Shown here: one piece after another, positions 41,420 through 53,478 of the stretch
How positions within the stretch are numbered: position 1 is the stretch's first letter
Layout of the letters: the number at the start of each line of letters is the position of its first letter
Source of the DNA: Eledone cirrhosa
Taxonomy: Eukaryota
Reading direction: 5' to 3'
Assembly: GCA_964016885.1 (NCBI GenBank)
Contig: OZ024744.1
Location: 89,404,001-89,468,000, forward strand
Length of the DNA stretch: 64,000 nucleotides
Notes under the pieces: model-generated
What the model was told of the DNA's origin: nothing
What the model saw: the letters and a program-made list of their open reading frames with translations, nothing else
The model's database searches: none
Made by a program: the position numbers and the translations under genes

Positions 41420-42018
41420 GTGTGTGCGTGTATTTGTAAACTGTATTATTTTCCCGTACGTCAACAGCACAAAGCGATTGGGTATGCTCAACTAATTAAA
41501 ACAGACAAGAATACAATTGGTGGATTGTTCGAGACACTTCCATCAATATTTATTTAAGAATTTTCAGCTACCGTCTTGCTAAAATTTCATTTTTAGTCAG
41601 TTTCATCTTTTAGTCAGTTTCATACTTTCATGAATATTAAAACATGCCAACTTTCATATTTTTGTGTTTTTCATATATGATATTGAAGTAATGAAAATAT
41701 CACGCGGCTTAGTGTATGAATATCACTTCTTCTGTGTATAACAATTGGATATATATATATATGTGATGTGTTTTTTTTCTTTGTTTTTTTTTTTTTCTAA
41801 TGGGTTTTCGAGAACCAATCAAATCTTGATGACTAATCACTTTTCGATGTGTTTATGAATATTTTTGCCCATAGTTGAATAAACAGATAACGCCAAACTT
41901 ACAATTCAAGAAGCTTCAACCTTTCTCTTTCTCGCTCCTTCACCCAATCTCTTACGCACTCTCTCTCTTTATCTCTCCCTCTCTCTCTTTTTATCCCCCC
42001 TCTCTCTCTCTCTGTATA

Positions 42019-42115
<97 letters not shown>

Positions 42116-42126
42116 ATATATATATG

Positions 42127-42199
<73 letters not shown>

Positions 42200-42362
42200 C
42201 GGGGTTCCACACAATTACCGTGTACTAAATTTCATTTACAAAGTATTAGTAAACCCAGAACTAGAGTAGAAGATATTTGCTCGAAATGTCACCCCGTGGG
42301 ATTAAGCACGATAATTTCGTAGTTGTTTAGCGAACTCATTAACCAAGCAACCATGCTTACGC

Positions 42363-42416
<54 letters not shown>

Positions 42417-42545
42417 GTAATCTGAGTTTTTCGAATATTAATAATAACGTTCGATTCATTTGCAATTATGCAAACAAGCCTCAATTTTATAGCCATGTCA
42501 GTAGAATGAACACTTTCTTCTTGCTCTTGTGTTGGCATGTGAACA

Positions 42546-42595
42546 GAACTGCAGACACTAATGTTTCTGGGTATCACCCTTCATCAGTACAGCTC
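42546..42595 (-). ncRNA. Type I hammerhead ribozyme
   Basis: GAGCTGTA CTGATGA aGGGT gat ACCCa GAA ACATTAGTGT C TGCAGTTC. Confidence 0.85.
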
Positions 42596-42660
42596 ACTGT
42601 TCACCTGCCAAACTGTCAGAGCTAGTGAAAATATATGCTATTGTCAAAAATGCACAGTGA

Positions 42661-42760
42661 CTGATCGGCCCGATTTGCATATTAGGAGACTGGCTGATCA
42701 GTCAGATCTGCATATTAGCAGATCCACTGATCAGCCAGATTTGCATATCAGCAGACTGGC
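42661..42760. promoter_or_regulatory. Three 33-bp repeats each carrying an octamer motif (ATTTGCAT/ATCTGCAT)
   Basis: Motifs at 42673, 42706 and 42739, upstream of the minus-strand hammerhead; function inferred only. Confidence 0.4.
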
Positions 42761-43024
42761 CAGTCAGTTTCCTGTATACGAGCGATAAATGGCCGGCTTT
42801 GCCAAATTCAAATAAAAACGAAAATGTCGCTCTACATGGCTGAATACAATAAATGTAATCTGAGTTTTTCGAATATTAATAATAACATTCGATTCATTTG
42901 CAATTATACAAACAAGCCTCAATTTTATAGCCATGTCAGTAGAATGAACACTTCATTCTTGCTCTTATGTTGGCATGCGAACAGAATTGCAAACCAATCG
43001 AATGTTATTATTAATATTCGAAAA

Positions 43025-43210
43025 GGCGATGGATTGGCAGTATCGGTAGAGGGTCGGACGCCATGCTTTCCAGCATAGTTACGTCCCTTTACGATCTGAG
43101 TTCAAATCCCGCCGAGGTTGACTTTGCCTTTCATCTTTACGGGGTCGATAAAATAAAGTACCAGTAATGCACTGGGTAATTGCTGGCCTTGTGCCTAAAG
43201 TAGAAACAAT
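43025..43210 (+). mobile_element. Full-length family-A SINE with TSD
   Basis: ggcgatggattggcagtatcgg...aaacaatt; TSD attattaatattcga(a/g)aa. Confidence 0.92.
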
Positions 43211-43415
43211 TATTAATATTCGAGAAACTCATTTATTGTATTCAGCCATGTAGTGCGACATTTTCTTTTTATATATATATATATATATACGTGTGTTGTA
43301 TTGAAGCGAATAACTATGTGTATACTCTGGAATGTATTCTACATTATCTATTGAGTAGGCTGAAATACAACCGGTCCTGTCATTGTTAAATACGGTGGGT
43401 CCGTCAACTCCTTAT

Positions 43416-43454
<39 letters not shown>

Positions 43455-43455
<1 letters not shown>

Positions 43456-43645
43456 ACGAAGGAAATGTGGTAAGGAACCAGGTGGACCATAACGCACCAA
43501 AGTACTCAATACTTGAGGTAGTAGAGTGGGTAATAGGAACCAGTAAGACCCCGACAGCTGAGCTCAAGCCGTTTTGACGGCTAATTCTGGACTCAGAATT
43601 AGCCGTCGAAACGGCTTGAGCTCAGCTGTCGGGGTCTTACTGGTT

Positions 43646-43651
<6 letters not shown>
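43455..43651 (-). mobile_element. pLTR fragment with fold-back palindrome (43533-43650) containing a hammerhead 3' half; shorter copy at about 25228-25297
   Basis: GACGGCTAATTCTG gact CAGAATTAGCCGTC GAA ACGGCT tgagctc AGCTGT C. Confidence 0.68.
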
Positions 43652-43680
<29 letters not shown>

Positions 43681-43737
43681 TCACTTTTATTTATATATTA
43701 TATTTATATATATATGTATTTTATTTCACTATATATA

Positions 43738-44024
43738 TATAGTGAAATAAAATAACAAGGACGATTGGTTACTCCTTCATTACGTTTATTGGTTGGTGAC
43801 GCGCGTTTCGCCACTGATCAGCTCAAAGTTCGATCTTGAACTGATCAGTGGCGAAACGCGCGTCACCAACCACAAACGTACTGAAGGAGTAACCAATCGT
43901 CCTTGTTATTTTATTTCACTATAATACACTCTGTCTAGCTCTACACCTCGACACTAAAGTGAACCTAAACATCGAGTGCTCACTCGGGTGAACCTACAGT
44001 AACTCCAAGTTACACTCGCTGGAT

Positions 44025-44025
<1 letters not shown>
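43738..44025 (+). mobile_element. pLTR fragment with fold-back palindrome (43738-43923) containing a hammerhead 3' half
   Basis: GCCACTGATCAG...CTGATCAGTGGC GAA ACGCGCGT C accaacc; ~85-bp arms. Confidence 0.7.
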
Positions 44026-44089
<64 letters not shown>

Positions 44090-45054
44090 CTATGTTGTAT
44101 CGAAATGTTTCTGAAGCATTTTTGTTGTTGTCTACGCTTGATTTCTCAAAGTAATATAAACCTAGATTGTTTTAGAGATCAATTTTTTATCCTTTGAAAA
44201 TAATCTTAAAGCACTAAATAGCTCCTCGAAATGAGTATAGGTTTAGATTCTTGTGGTATTGTTGCTGTTGCGGGTGGGGGGCATTTCACTTGACTTCTTT
44301 TTCCTATATGACTAGAAAAAACTCTACCTTGAATTTCATTGTTAAATTACCCCAGCTCTATGAAAGATTTGAGAAATAAAAATGTTTTTAAACTAGTGTT
44401 TTGTTTTGATTTGTTTTGTCTTGTATTTCAGTTTTAGATTGAATACATATCAGTTAAATCACGTGAACTGCATCTACGATCAAACCGCAATTACATTTCA
44501 TTTTTTTATCAATTATTCTTGATAATATATCGTTCTGTCTCCTCGGGCTTTGGTTTTAAATAGCATCAGAGTCGACTTTAACATTTTCTTTCTTTATAAT
44601 CGATAAAATAAGTACCATTAATATTAGCATCCCTCGCGCATGGCCTTGTGGTTACGGTGTTGGACTTACGATCATAATGTCGTGGGTTCGATTCCTAGAC
44701 TTGCTTGTGCGTTGTGTTCTGGAGTAAAACACTTCATTTCATATTGTTCCAGAATATTCAACTGGAAATGAGTTCCAGAAATAGCTGGGGTGGAAGTGGG
44801 GTTAACCCTACATAGGATTGGCATCATGTCCAAGGTGGAATCTTGTACTTTCAGCCCCTTCCTGCCACAGAAACTGAGATAAGTACAGGCCTGATGAGCC
44901 TCCGGGTTCGAGACAGACTTTAGACTTTATCACATGCTTGGAGTTGTACATTTGGTTTCGATTCATTGACTGTTATTCCTTCATGTAAATGTCTTCCTGT
45001 GTGTTTAGTCAAAAGGAAATGATTGTTATATGTAAGTTAGAATCTACTAAATAT

Positions 45055-46360
45055 AATGATTTCTTATATAGACACAAGACCAGCAATTCTGGGGGAGGGG
45101 AAAGTCGATTAAATCGACCCCAGTGCGTGACTGGTACTTTATTTTATCGACCCCGTAATGATGAAAGTCAAAATTAACCTCGGCGGGATTTGAACTCAGA
45201 TCATAAATGGCCGTAACTCTATTCTGCAACGCATAGCGCCCGACCCTCTACCGAATCTTCTAAATATAATAGTTTCTACTTTGGGCACAAGGCGAGCAAT
45301 TACCCAGTACATTACTGATACTTTATTTTATCGACCCAGTAAGGATGAAAGGCAAAGTTAACCTCGACGGGATTTGAACTCAGACCGTAAAGGGACGTAA
45401 CCATGCTGGAAAGCATGGCGTCCGCCTTCTGCTGATACTGCCAATATCAAGAAAGTCAGACTAAATCTAAATAATCTTAGTATTCGATAAGATCCGTCTC
45501 CGTTTTCAAATTCTGCGTTGTTATGCTAAGCTATGGAGCAGACAGTATTAAACATAGATTATTTCTTTCGCCAGAACATATGACCAACTTATTTGATTGA
45601 AAGGTGTAGACGACCAATTCGACTGCAATCTATCAACTTGTGCTTTTTGTATCAACTCGTGGAATAATGTAAGGAAAATTCGACACGGACGGAAAATGGA
45701 TTTGCAAATGAAAGGGGAGGGATTAATACTTTAATGACGAACTGTTATTGAAGTATTAATTGACGGTGGATTGGCAGTATCGGTAGATAGTTGGACGCCA
45801 TGCTTTGCAGCATAGAGTTACGGCCCGTTATGGTCTGAGTTCAAATCCCGCCGAGGTTAACTTTGCCTTTCATCCTTACGGGGTCGATAAAATAAAGTAC
45901 CGGTAATGTTCTGAGATAATTGATGGCCTTGTGCCAAAAGTCGAAACAATTAAAGTATTAATTGATCTGGCTAATCAATTTGCTTCAATGAATGGTGTCA
46001 AGTGTCGAACGTGTAAGGAAGTATTTATATTGTCACCCGATATGTCATAAATAGCAGTCAAAATATCCCTCAAAACCACTCACCACCAGACCTGTCAACC
46101 TCTAAAAACCCAAACGGATAGTACCATGAAAAAAATGCCAAAAAACGGGGAGAAATGGGGAATTTTATATAATTGTTTCTACTTTTGGCACAAGGCCAGC
46201 AATTACCGCAGTGTAATAATGGTACTTTATTTTATCAACCCCGTAAGGATGAAAGGCAAAGTTGACCTCGGCGGGATTTGAACTCAGACCGTAAAAGGCC
46301 GTAACTCTATGCTGCAAAACATGGCGACCGACCGTCTACCGATACCGCCAATCCGCCGCC
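45055..46360. mobile_element. Four family-A SINEs (45055-45253 -, 45268-45444 -, 45763-45951 +, 46170-46360 -)
   Basis: Matches to family A; the 45763 copy has TSD att(g/a)aagtattaattga. Confidence 0.88.
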
Positions 46361-46774
46361 CTCTCCCCGAGGAGATTTTACATAATGAAAGCTATACACA
46401 TGTTCACAAGAGAAGACATCTCTCACCTACCCCAAAGTGGGTGGGAGATCTCCGCGTCGGGAGGGGAGAGTCGATAGGTTTGAACTACTGTTTTAAAAGA
46501 TAATATATTCATGAGCAAAAGAAAGTTAGCATAGTAACGGTTTGAATGCTTTTTTTTTTTTTATTATAGTCCAACTCAATCAAGATCAAGTTGAGGACTA
46601 AAGAACAACAGCATTTCGTTTCATTTGATTCATTCAAAACCAACACATGCATTGCTCCCCACCCTACTTCCACGAACAATGTGTTCGCTTTTTACGCGAA
46701 GATGCATTCGTGAACGTGGCAGGTAAAGCAAATTCGCATAATTCAAGTCTTATATTTCTGATAAATAAAAAAAA

Positions 46775-47883
46775 TGGAGTTGAGGGTTGTTCTATCTACG
46801 GGGTATAAAACAACCCATTTGTAACGCCTCCCTCCTATTGGGGATTTCGATTGTTGAATTCGTTTGTTAAAAAATTGTTTACACGATTGTATGTAAAATC
46901 CCCGGCATATGTCTTTGTATTGTCCCATTTTCTTGTAGATAGTCTACCCTATGAGTTTTACATAGGCATGCCGGACTTGTTCACTGGCGTCCTCGAAGCC
47001 GTCTACTGTAATTGACAGCTGAACGGGACAATTCCCAGTTCTGGAGGCAAGGGCGTAGTAACGCTGATCAGCAAAGACGAGAACAAGGGGGACGAAATAA
47101 ACAATTTCAGGCTAATAACTCTGCTCAACATAGAGTTAAAGATTTTGGTCAAGGTGCTAGCAACGAGGCTGGCGTTTGTCGTCGAAAACCTGGTAGGGAA
47201 ATCGCAAACGTGTGCAATCCCGACCAGGTCCATACACGACAAACTCCACCTCATGCGATACATCATAGTAGTATACATCGGGTAGTAAACCCGGCTTCGG
47301 TGGGGCTCTGATCAATTTAGATCAGTCTAAGGCATTCGATAGGGTCGACCATCGATACTTGGAAGCGGTTCTCAAGGCGGCCGGTTTCGGTCCCGTTCTC
47401 AGAGGCTGGATCAAGGGGATGCACACCAGCATCTGCTCGAAGGTCAAGGTGAACGCTAACTATCGGAGCCGTTCGCAATCGCGTTCCATTCGACAGGGAT
47501 GCCCTCTCTCCTCCATTCTGTACGTATTGACTCTAGAGCTACTACTGCGGAAGTCGGAACTTTTGCAGTGCATCCCTTTAGAACTGGGACTACGAAAAGC
47601 GGCGTTGGCTTATACTGACGGCGTGACGGTAATGCTGTCGAAAACCTCGGAAATCGAGGTAATCGGCAACCTACTACAGGAATACGAAAGGTTCACAGGA
47701 GCAAAACCGAACCCGGACAAGAAAAGGGGACAATACGAAGACACATGCCGGGGATTTTACATACAGTCGTGTAAAAATATTATTGAACAAACAAATTTAA
47801 CAATCGAAATCCCCAATAGGGGGGAGGCTCCACAAATGGGATGTTTAATACCCCGTCGATAGAACAACCCTCAACTTCAGGAG
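46775..47883 (+). mobile_element. Rearranged Tx1-type LINE: decayed RT fragment (46945-47720) between inverted copies of the LINE 3' UTR
   Basis: NFRLITLLN, LDQSKAFDRV, IRQGCPLS, AYTDG homologous to 6900-7670; 47724-47883 and reverse complement 46775-46927 resemble 5434-5593. Confidence 0.85.
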
Positions 47884-48354
47884 CGTGTTGTGAAAGTGCT
47901 CTTTTCTTACTCGAGTGTATATATAGTGTATATATTAGTCATGGCATCACTGGTGCCAAGCTGTATTGGCCATTTCCTTTCTCTTGGACAACATTATATA
48001 TGGTGTATATATACAATATATAGTATATATATATATATAGTGTATATGTAGAGTATATATATATATAGTGTATATGTAGAGTATATATATATATAGTATA
48101 TATTAGTTGCAACATCACTGGTGCCAAGCTGTATCGACCATTGTCTTTTTGTTGGTCAACATCGGTGGCATAGATGTATATGCAGGTGTGGCCAGCCACA
48201 TATATTCTAACCATTAGAAAAAGCAAGATGAATGCTTCACCTTCGAAAGAAGAAGACTTATCATAAGAAGCAAACAAGTTACTCTTATATAGTCTTCTTT
48301 GATTTGTTTTAACCATCATGGTCCAAGCCATTCTGGAGCTACTCCTTCAATTAT

Positions 48355-48392
<38 letters not shown>

Positions 48393-48660
48393 AATCCTCC
48401 TCCTCATCCTCCTCATCCTCCTCCTCCTCCTCATCATCATCATCATCATCATCATCGTGTCGTCGTCGTCATCATCATCATCATCATCATCATCAGGTTT
48501 TTGATTATGTAGGGTTGGGTCATGCCTGACAAGGTTCCTTAGCGTCCCACTCGATGTGTTTCTGTCCGTCGGTTTCACTTGGTCCCGGCCAAGCCTAGCT
48601 TGATCCTGATGGACATCCTCCATCCAAGTCCTTTTTTGGTCTTCCTGGGCCTCTACTGCT
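48355..48660 (-). mobile_element. 3' end of an RTE-type LINE with (GAT)n tail
   Basis: Minus strand RGPGRPK[fs]TWMEDV..D...LG......DR motif followed by (GAT)n. Confidence 0.65.
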
Positions 48661-48969
48661 TCCTATATAGAAAAATTAACTTAAGAAAATAAGTAACAAA
48701 CGGAAGAAGAAGAAGAAGAAGAAGAAGAAGAAGAAGAAGAAGAAGAAGAAGAAGAAGAAGAAGAAGAAGAATATTGATTTCCATTGATTAGGCAAAAGGA
48801 CAACCATCACTTCAATATAAAATATATCACTCGTCTATTGGATTATCTTCGTAGATGAAGTCAATCGGGTTAATCATTTATTTTGTCTTTTTCTTTTTTC
48901 TTCTTTCCTTTTGTTTTTATTCATATATTTTTTCTCTCTTTTATTTTTTGTTGTTTTTTTGTTTTTATT

Positions 48970-49000
<31 letters not shown>

Positions 49001-49552
49001 CTTAGCGAGTTCGCGGAGTAAAAGTGAAACGGTTGGATACCATGGAGTGAATACTTTATTTCGGCTCCTATAATCTAATCTAATCTGGCCGAGTTTACAC
49101 TCGCAAATAAAAAGAACCAGGGCCGCCTCTAGGAGCATTGGATTTGGTGTACTTCATATTTGTTTCGGTTGCTGAATACAATCAGGGGTCGCTGCTTCTC
49201 CCTAAGGTCAATAGTTCTCTTCTAACTCAAGCGGGAGCGCCCTTCTATTGTCAATTTACATTGACGATCTGCAAAGCCGCATTGTTTTCAGAACCACTAC
49301 ACCAGTATTTCGATACGTGCAGCTGGAACTACTGCCTCCCATTGATGTATCCAATTTCCGAGAGTGAGAGAGCGAGGGTGGGAGAGAGTAGATAAAGGGG
49401 AGAAGGAGGGGGCTAGAGAAGGAGAGAGGAGGAGAGGTAAGAGAGAACTTTTAATTGACGGATAGAGAGAAAGAGAGAGAGAGCAGAGAGAAGAGAGAAA
49501 ACGGACCCAGTACTTAACTGGTATTTATTTATCAACAACTAAAGTGAACAGA

Positions 49553-50256
49553 AGACACACCACCGAGGAATTAAACCCCACATCTCTCGGATACCAGGCG
49601 AATGTAAAAAAAGAGAACCAACACACCACCGAGGAATTAAACCCCACATCTCTCGGATACCAGGCGAATGTAAAAAAAGAGAACCAACACACCACCGAGG
49701 AATTAAACCCCACATCTCTCGGATACCAGGCGAATGCGAAAAAAGAGAACCAACACACCACCGAGGAATTAAACCCCACATCTTTCGGATACCAGGCGAA
49801 TGTGAAAAAAAAGAACCAACACACCACCGAGGAATTAAACCCCACATCTCTCGGATACCAGGCGAATGCAAAAAAAAAGAGAACCAACACACCACCGAGG
49901 AATTAAACCCCACATCTCTCGGATACCAGGCGAATGTGAAAAAAGAGAACCAACACACCACCGAGGAATTCTCTCGGATACCAGGCGAATGTGAAAAAAG
50001 AGAACCAACACACCACCGAGGAATTAAATCCCACATCTCTCGGATACCAGGCGAATGTAAAAAAAGAGAACCAACACACCACCGAGGAATTAAACCCCAC
50101 ATCTCTCGGATACCAGGCGAATGTGAAAAAAGAGAACTAACACACCACCGAGGAATTAAACCCCACATCTCTCGGATACCAGACGAATGTAAAAAAAGAG
50201 AACCAACACACCACCGAGGAATTAAACCCCACATCTCTCGGATACCAGGCGAATGC
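49553..50256 (-). repeat. ~66-bp satellite, about 11 copies, tRNA-like unit
   Basis: Minus unit cattcgcctggtatccgagagatgtggggtttaattcctcggtggtgtgttggttctctttttt. Confidence 0.96.
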
Positions 50257-50507
50257 ATTAAGCACAATGATAACGAACAACTAGACACTAATTACGTCTT
50301 TTCAGAAGATTTTAAGATTTTTAGATCTGTATATACGATCCTACTTGATACCAGGTAGTGGTTGATCTCCTGTTCCCTACTTTACTGAAGAAGCTAGTAA
50401 TCGTCCACTGGGTCAACACCACTTCACCTTGGAATCAAATTATAGTATTGAGTGCTGATGTTGAACTTGTATTAAGTCTGTATTAACTGCAATCCCCAAA
50501 ACTAATA

Positions 50508-50587
<80 letters not shown>

Positions 50588-50589
<2 letters not shown>

Positions 50590-50844
50590 TATAGGAGGAA
50601 GTTGTAGTTCACTTGAAGCATTGTGTAATGAGGTATAAGAGTAAAAGAACACCTCAATACTAACGCTTCCTCATTTAAGAAACACCTAGTGAAATGCAAA
50701 AACACCGATAAAAACATAACAGTTAGGATAGAAACTAAGGAAAGAAACCTCGGCAATCTTAGAATTAAGGAAGCACTGATTATAGACAAAACACACCAAC
50801 CAATCAATAATAGACTAGAATTCAACACCCAATTTTTAACATGA
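50588..50844 (+). pseudogene. Penelope-like GIY-YIG endonuclease C-terminal remnant
   Basis: YIGGSCSSLE...RVKEHLNTNASSFKKHL...NLRIKEALII...QPINNR (YIG, RxxEH, H, E and PxxN motifs); not in the ORF track. Confidence 0.78.
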
Positions 50845-50917
50845 TAGAGCACCTAGCCCCACACTTACACCCCCCTCACACACACACACACACACACGCA
50901 CACACACACGCACACAC

Positions 50918-50954
<37 letters not shown>

Positions 50955-51278
50955 TACACCCCCACTTATTCTCTCTCACACACACACATACACACAAAGA
51001 CCAGTCTTAACATGATAGAGCATCTAGCACCCACATTTACATATAGACATATCCTCTCACACTCACACACACACACATACACACACACACACACGCATAC
51101 TTACGCCTTCACGTATTCTTCCACACACTTAAACATACATCTACAAAACCCCTTTTAAAGGGAGACAACTCATTATCCACCTAACCTTCAATCTTTAACA
51201 TTAGAATGGAATCTCTATACCATTTCCTGTCAGCATGACTTGGCAAGCTAATTAGAACACTGGATTAACCCCTTTACT

Positions 51279-51316
51279 TCCCTCCGAAGAAGAGATATTA
51301 TCTCGAAAATTAAGGA
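51279..51316 (+). ncRNA. Hammerhead (U4>C) in the pLTR downstream of the GIY-YIG remnant
   Basis: cct CCGAAGA aGAGATA t TATCTC GAA AATT A agg. Confidence 0.6.
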
Positions 51317-51423
51317 TTTTCAAATGAATTTAAGGTAAAAGACTAATTGTCAACAATATCTTTTGCATTTGTATTTATATTCTATATCCATACCTGCATT
51401 GTCTTGGCCTTCCAACTCCAAAC

Positions 51424-51474
<51 letters not shown>

Positions 51475-51552
51475 AGCAGCGATTCTTTGCTTAAACTTTA
51501 ATCTGTTATTTTAATAAATATATATATATACATATATATATATATATGTGTG

Positions 51553-51626
<74 letters not shown>

Positions 51627-51658
51627 TATACATATACATATATATGTGTGTGTGTGTT

Positions 51659-51695
<37 letters not shown>

Positions 51696-51746
51696 GCATT
51701 CACACATAAATAGATAAACACACGCACACGCTCACACACACACACA

Positions 51747-51801
<55 letters not shown>

Positions 51802-51804
<3 letters not shown>

Positions 51805-52944
51805 GGTGCCTAAGGTATCTGAGAACATACCTTTTTTGGGGGGGGGGTATTGCTGCATTCTACTAAACTTTATATCATCTTTTTTTTTCGGAAAACAATA
51901 ATTGTTTCTACTTTTGGCACAAGGCCAGCATTTATCCCAGTGCATTACTGGTACTTTATTGTATCGACCCCGTAAGGATGAAAGGCAAAGTCAACCTCGG
52001 CGGAAAACAATATTGGCAGACACTCAGCTTACTCAAGAAATGAAAAAGCATGCTTTAATTGTGGCTTTAAAGGCTGGGTACAGCGATTTAGAAATATCCC
52101 GATTTTGAAAAGTTGCCAGAACTTTAGTCTATAAAGTTCGTAAGGAGTTATAGACTGAAGACGGAAATGTATCAGCAGCATCACAGCGTAAAAAGTATTC
52201 CAAACGCTCTGACATCATCAGAACACCTGTATTTATTCAGCAAGTTCAGCAGACCATTGATGACAAGACCCAAAAAATCCATGAGATCACTAACAAAAGA
52301 TGCCCGTGTGTGAGAAGGAACAATCAGAAAGGTTGTCTACGATGACATCAGATATAAGTCTTATGTGATGAGGAAAGGTCAATTTATGTCAGGGAAAAAA
52401 AGAGAAAATCGCTGCAACTGTCATGGTGTTTGGGGGTTGTCAGCAATGAAGGACATGTGATTCCTTTTCACTACTTTTCACAAGGCCTTAGAGTTAACTC
52501 TGCTGCCTGCATTGAGGTCCTGGAAACAGTTGTTTTCAGCAAGACACTGCACCATCACACAAGGCTCAAGTAACACAGGAATGAATGGCTGAAAATGTTC
52601 ATGATCACAAACCCCCCAACATTTGGCCTCCAAATTTCCCAGATCTCAATCCATTGAACTACTACGTGTAAAGCGTTGTTGAGCGAGAGGTCAATGAACA
52701 CCCACATAACACAAAAGATTCTTTGAAATCCACCATAGTCAGAATAATCCAATATGAACCAGGTCTATTTAATTCGAGCATAGAAGCAGTTATTGAAGCT
52801 GAAGCTGGCTTTATTGTATAAAATTATAAAAAAGATTATTTACTTTTATACTTATAGCATTTTTTCAATAATTAAGTTATTATTTGTTACTGTATATCTG
52901 TTTTTCTATAAACAAAGCTGTCCTCAAATACCTAGCGCACCCTA
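51802..52944 (+). mobile_element. Decayed maT-like Tc1/mariner element with nested SINE fragment (51901-52000, TSD cggaaaacaata)
   Basis: TIRs cacggtgcctaaggtatctgagaaca / tgtcctcaaatacctagcgcaccct; EMKKHALIVALKAG, DIRYKSYVMRKGQF, FQQD, WPPNFPDLNPLNY with stops and deletions. Confidence 0.87.
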
Positions 52945-53168
52945 TATATATATATATGATGTATTTATATATGTATGAATATAATGTTACACGATCCGAC
53001 GTTTCCGACAACGAACGATCCACTGTTATTTCACTGAGGAACTGGAATCATATCTGATTCCAGTTCCTCAGTGAAATAACAACCCAACTAGGAACTGGGC
53101 ATATCAGAGTATTGACAAAGTTATACACCTCAACAACATGTGTACTCGTCTCTACCACACTAATTCGG

Positions 53169-53225
53169 ACTGCCTGAAGAGGTCACAGCCAAAGATGGCT
53201 GTCACCGAAATATATATATAGCAGT
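53169..53225 (+). ncRNA. Type I hammerhead ribozyme
   Basis: ACTGC CTGAAGA GGTcACAGCC aaagat GGCTGTcACC GAA ATATATATAT A GCAGT. Confidence 0.87.
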
Positions 53226-53372
53226 AATAAACGAAGCCAAATTTTAAACATTTGACTTATTTATTTTATTTTATTTTACATTACTCCGGAGTAACCAAAC
53301 CAACCTGCACATTTCGTCGAGTGCTCCAATCTGCATACTGATGTGTTCGTATGCAACCAACATATACTCAAA

Positions 53373-53407
<35 letters not shown>

Positions 53408-53434
53408 GGAGGTGGTACAATAAAACTCACCTCC

Positions 53435-53478
<44 letters not shown>

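Larger units (their letters stand above)
42412..43265 (-). mobile_element. Non-autonomous Penelope-like/retrozyme element: two direct pLTR copies plus an inverted copy interrupted by a SINE
   Basis: 42412-42553 is similar to 42850-42991; 42988-43024 and 43209-43265 invert about 42820-42902; (TA)n on both sides. Confidence 0.8.

Noticed and set aside
44890-44920. CTGATGA GCC...GAGAC hammerhead-like string
   Set aside because: Part of the family-B SINE tail; no GAAA and no stem I/III
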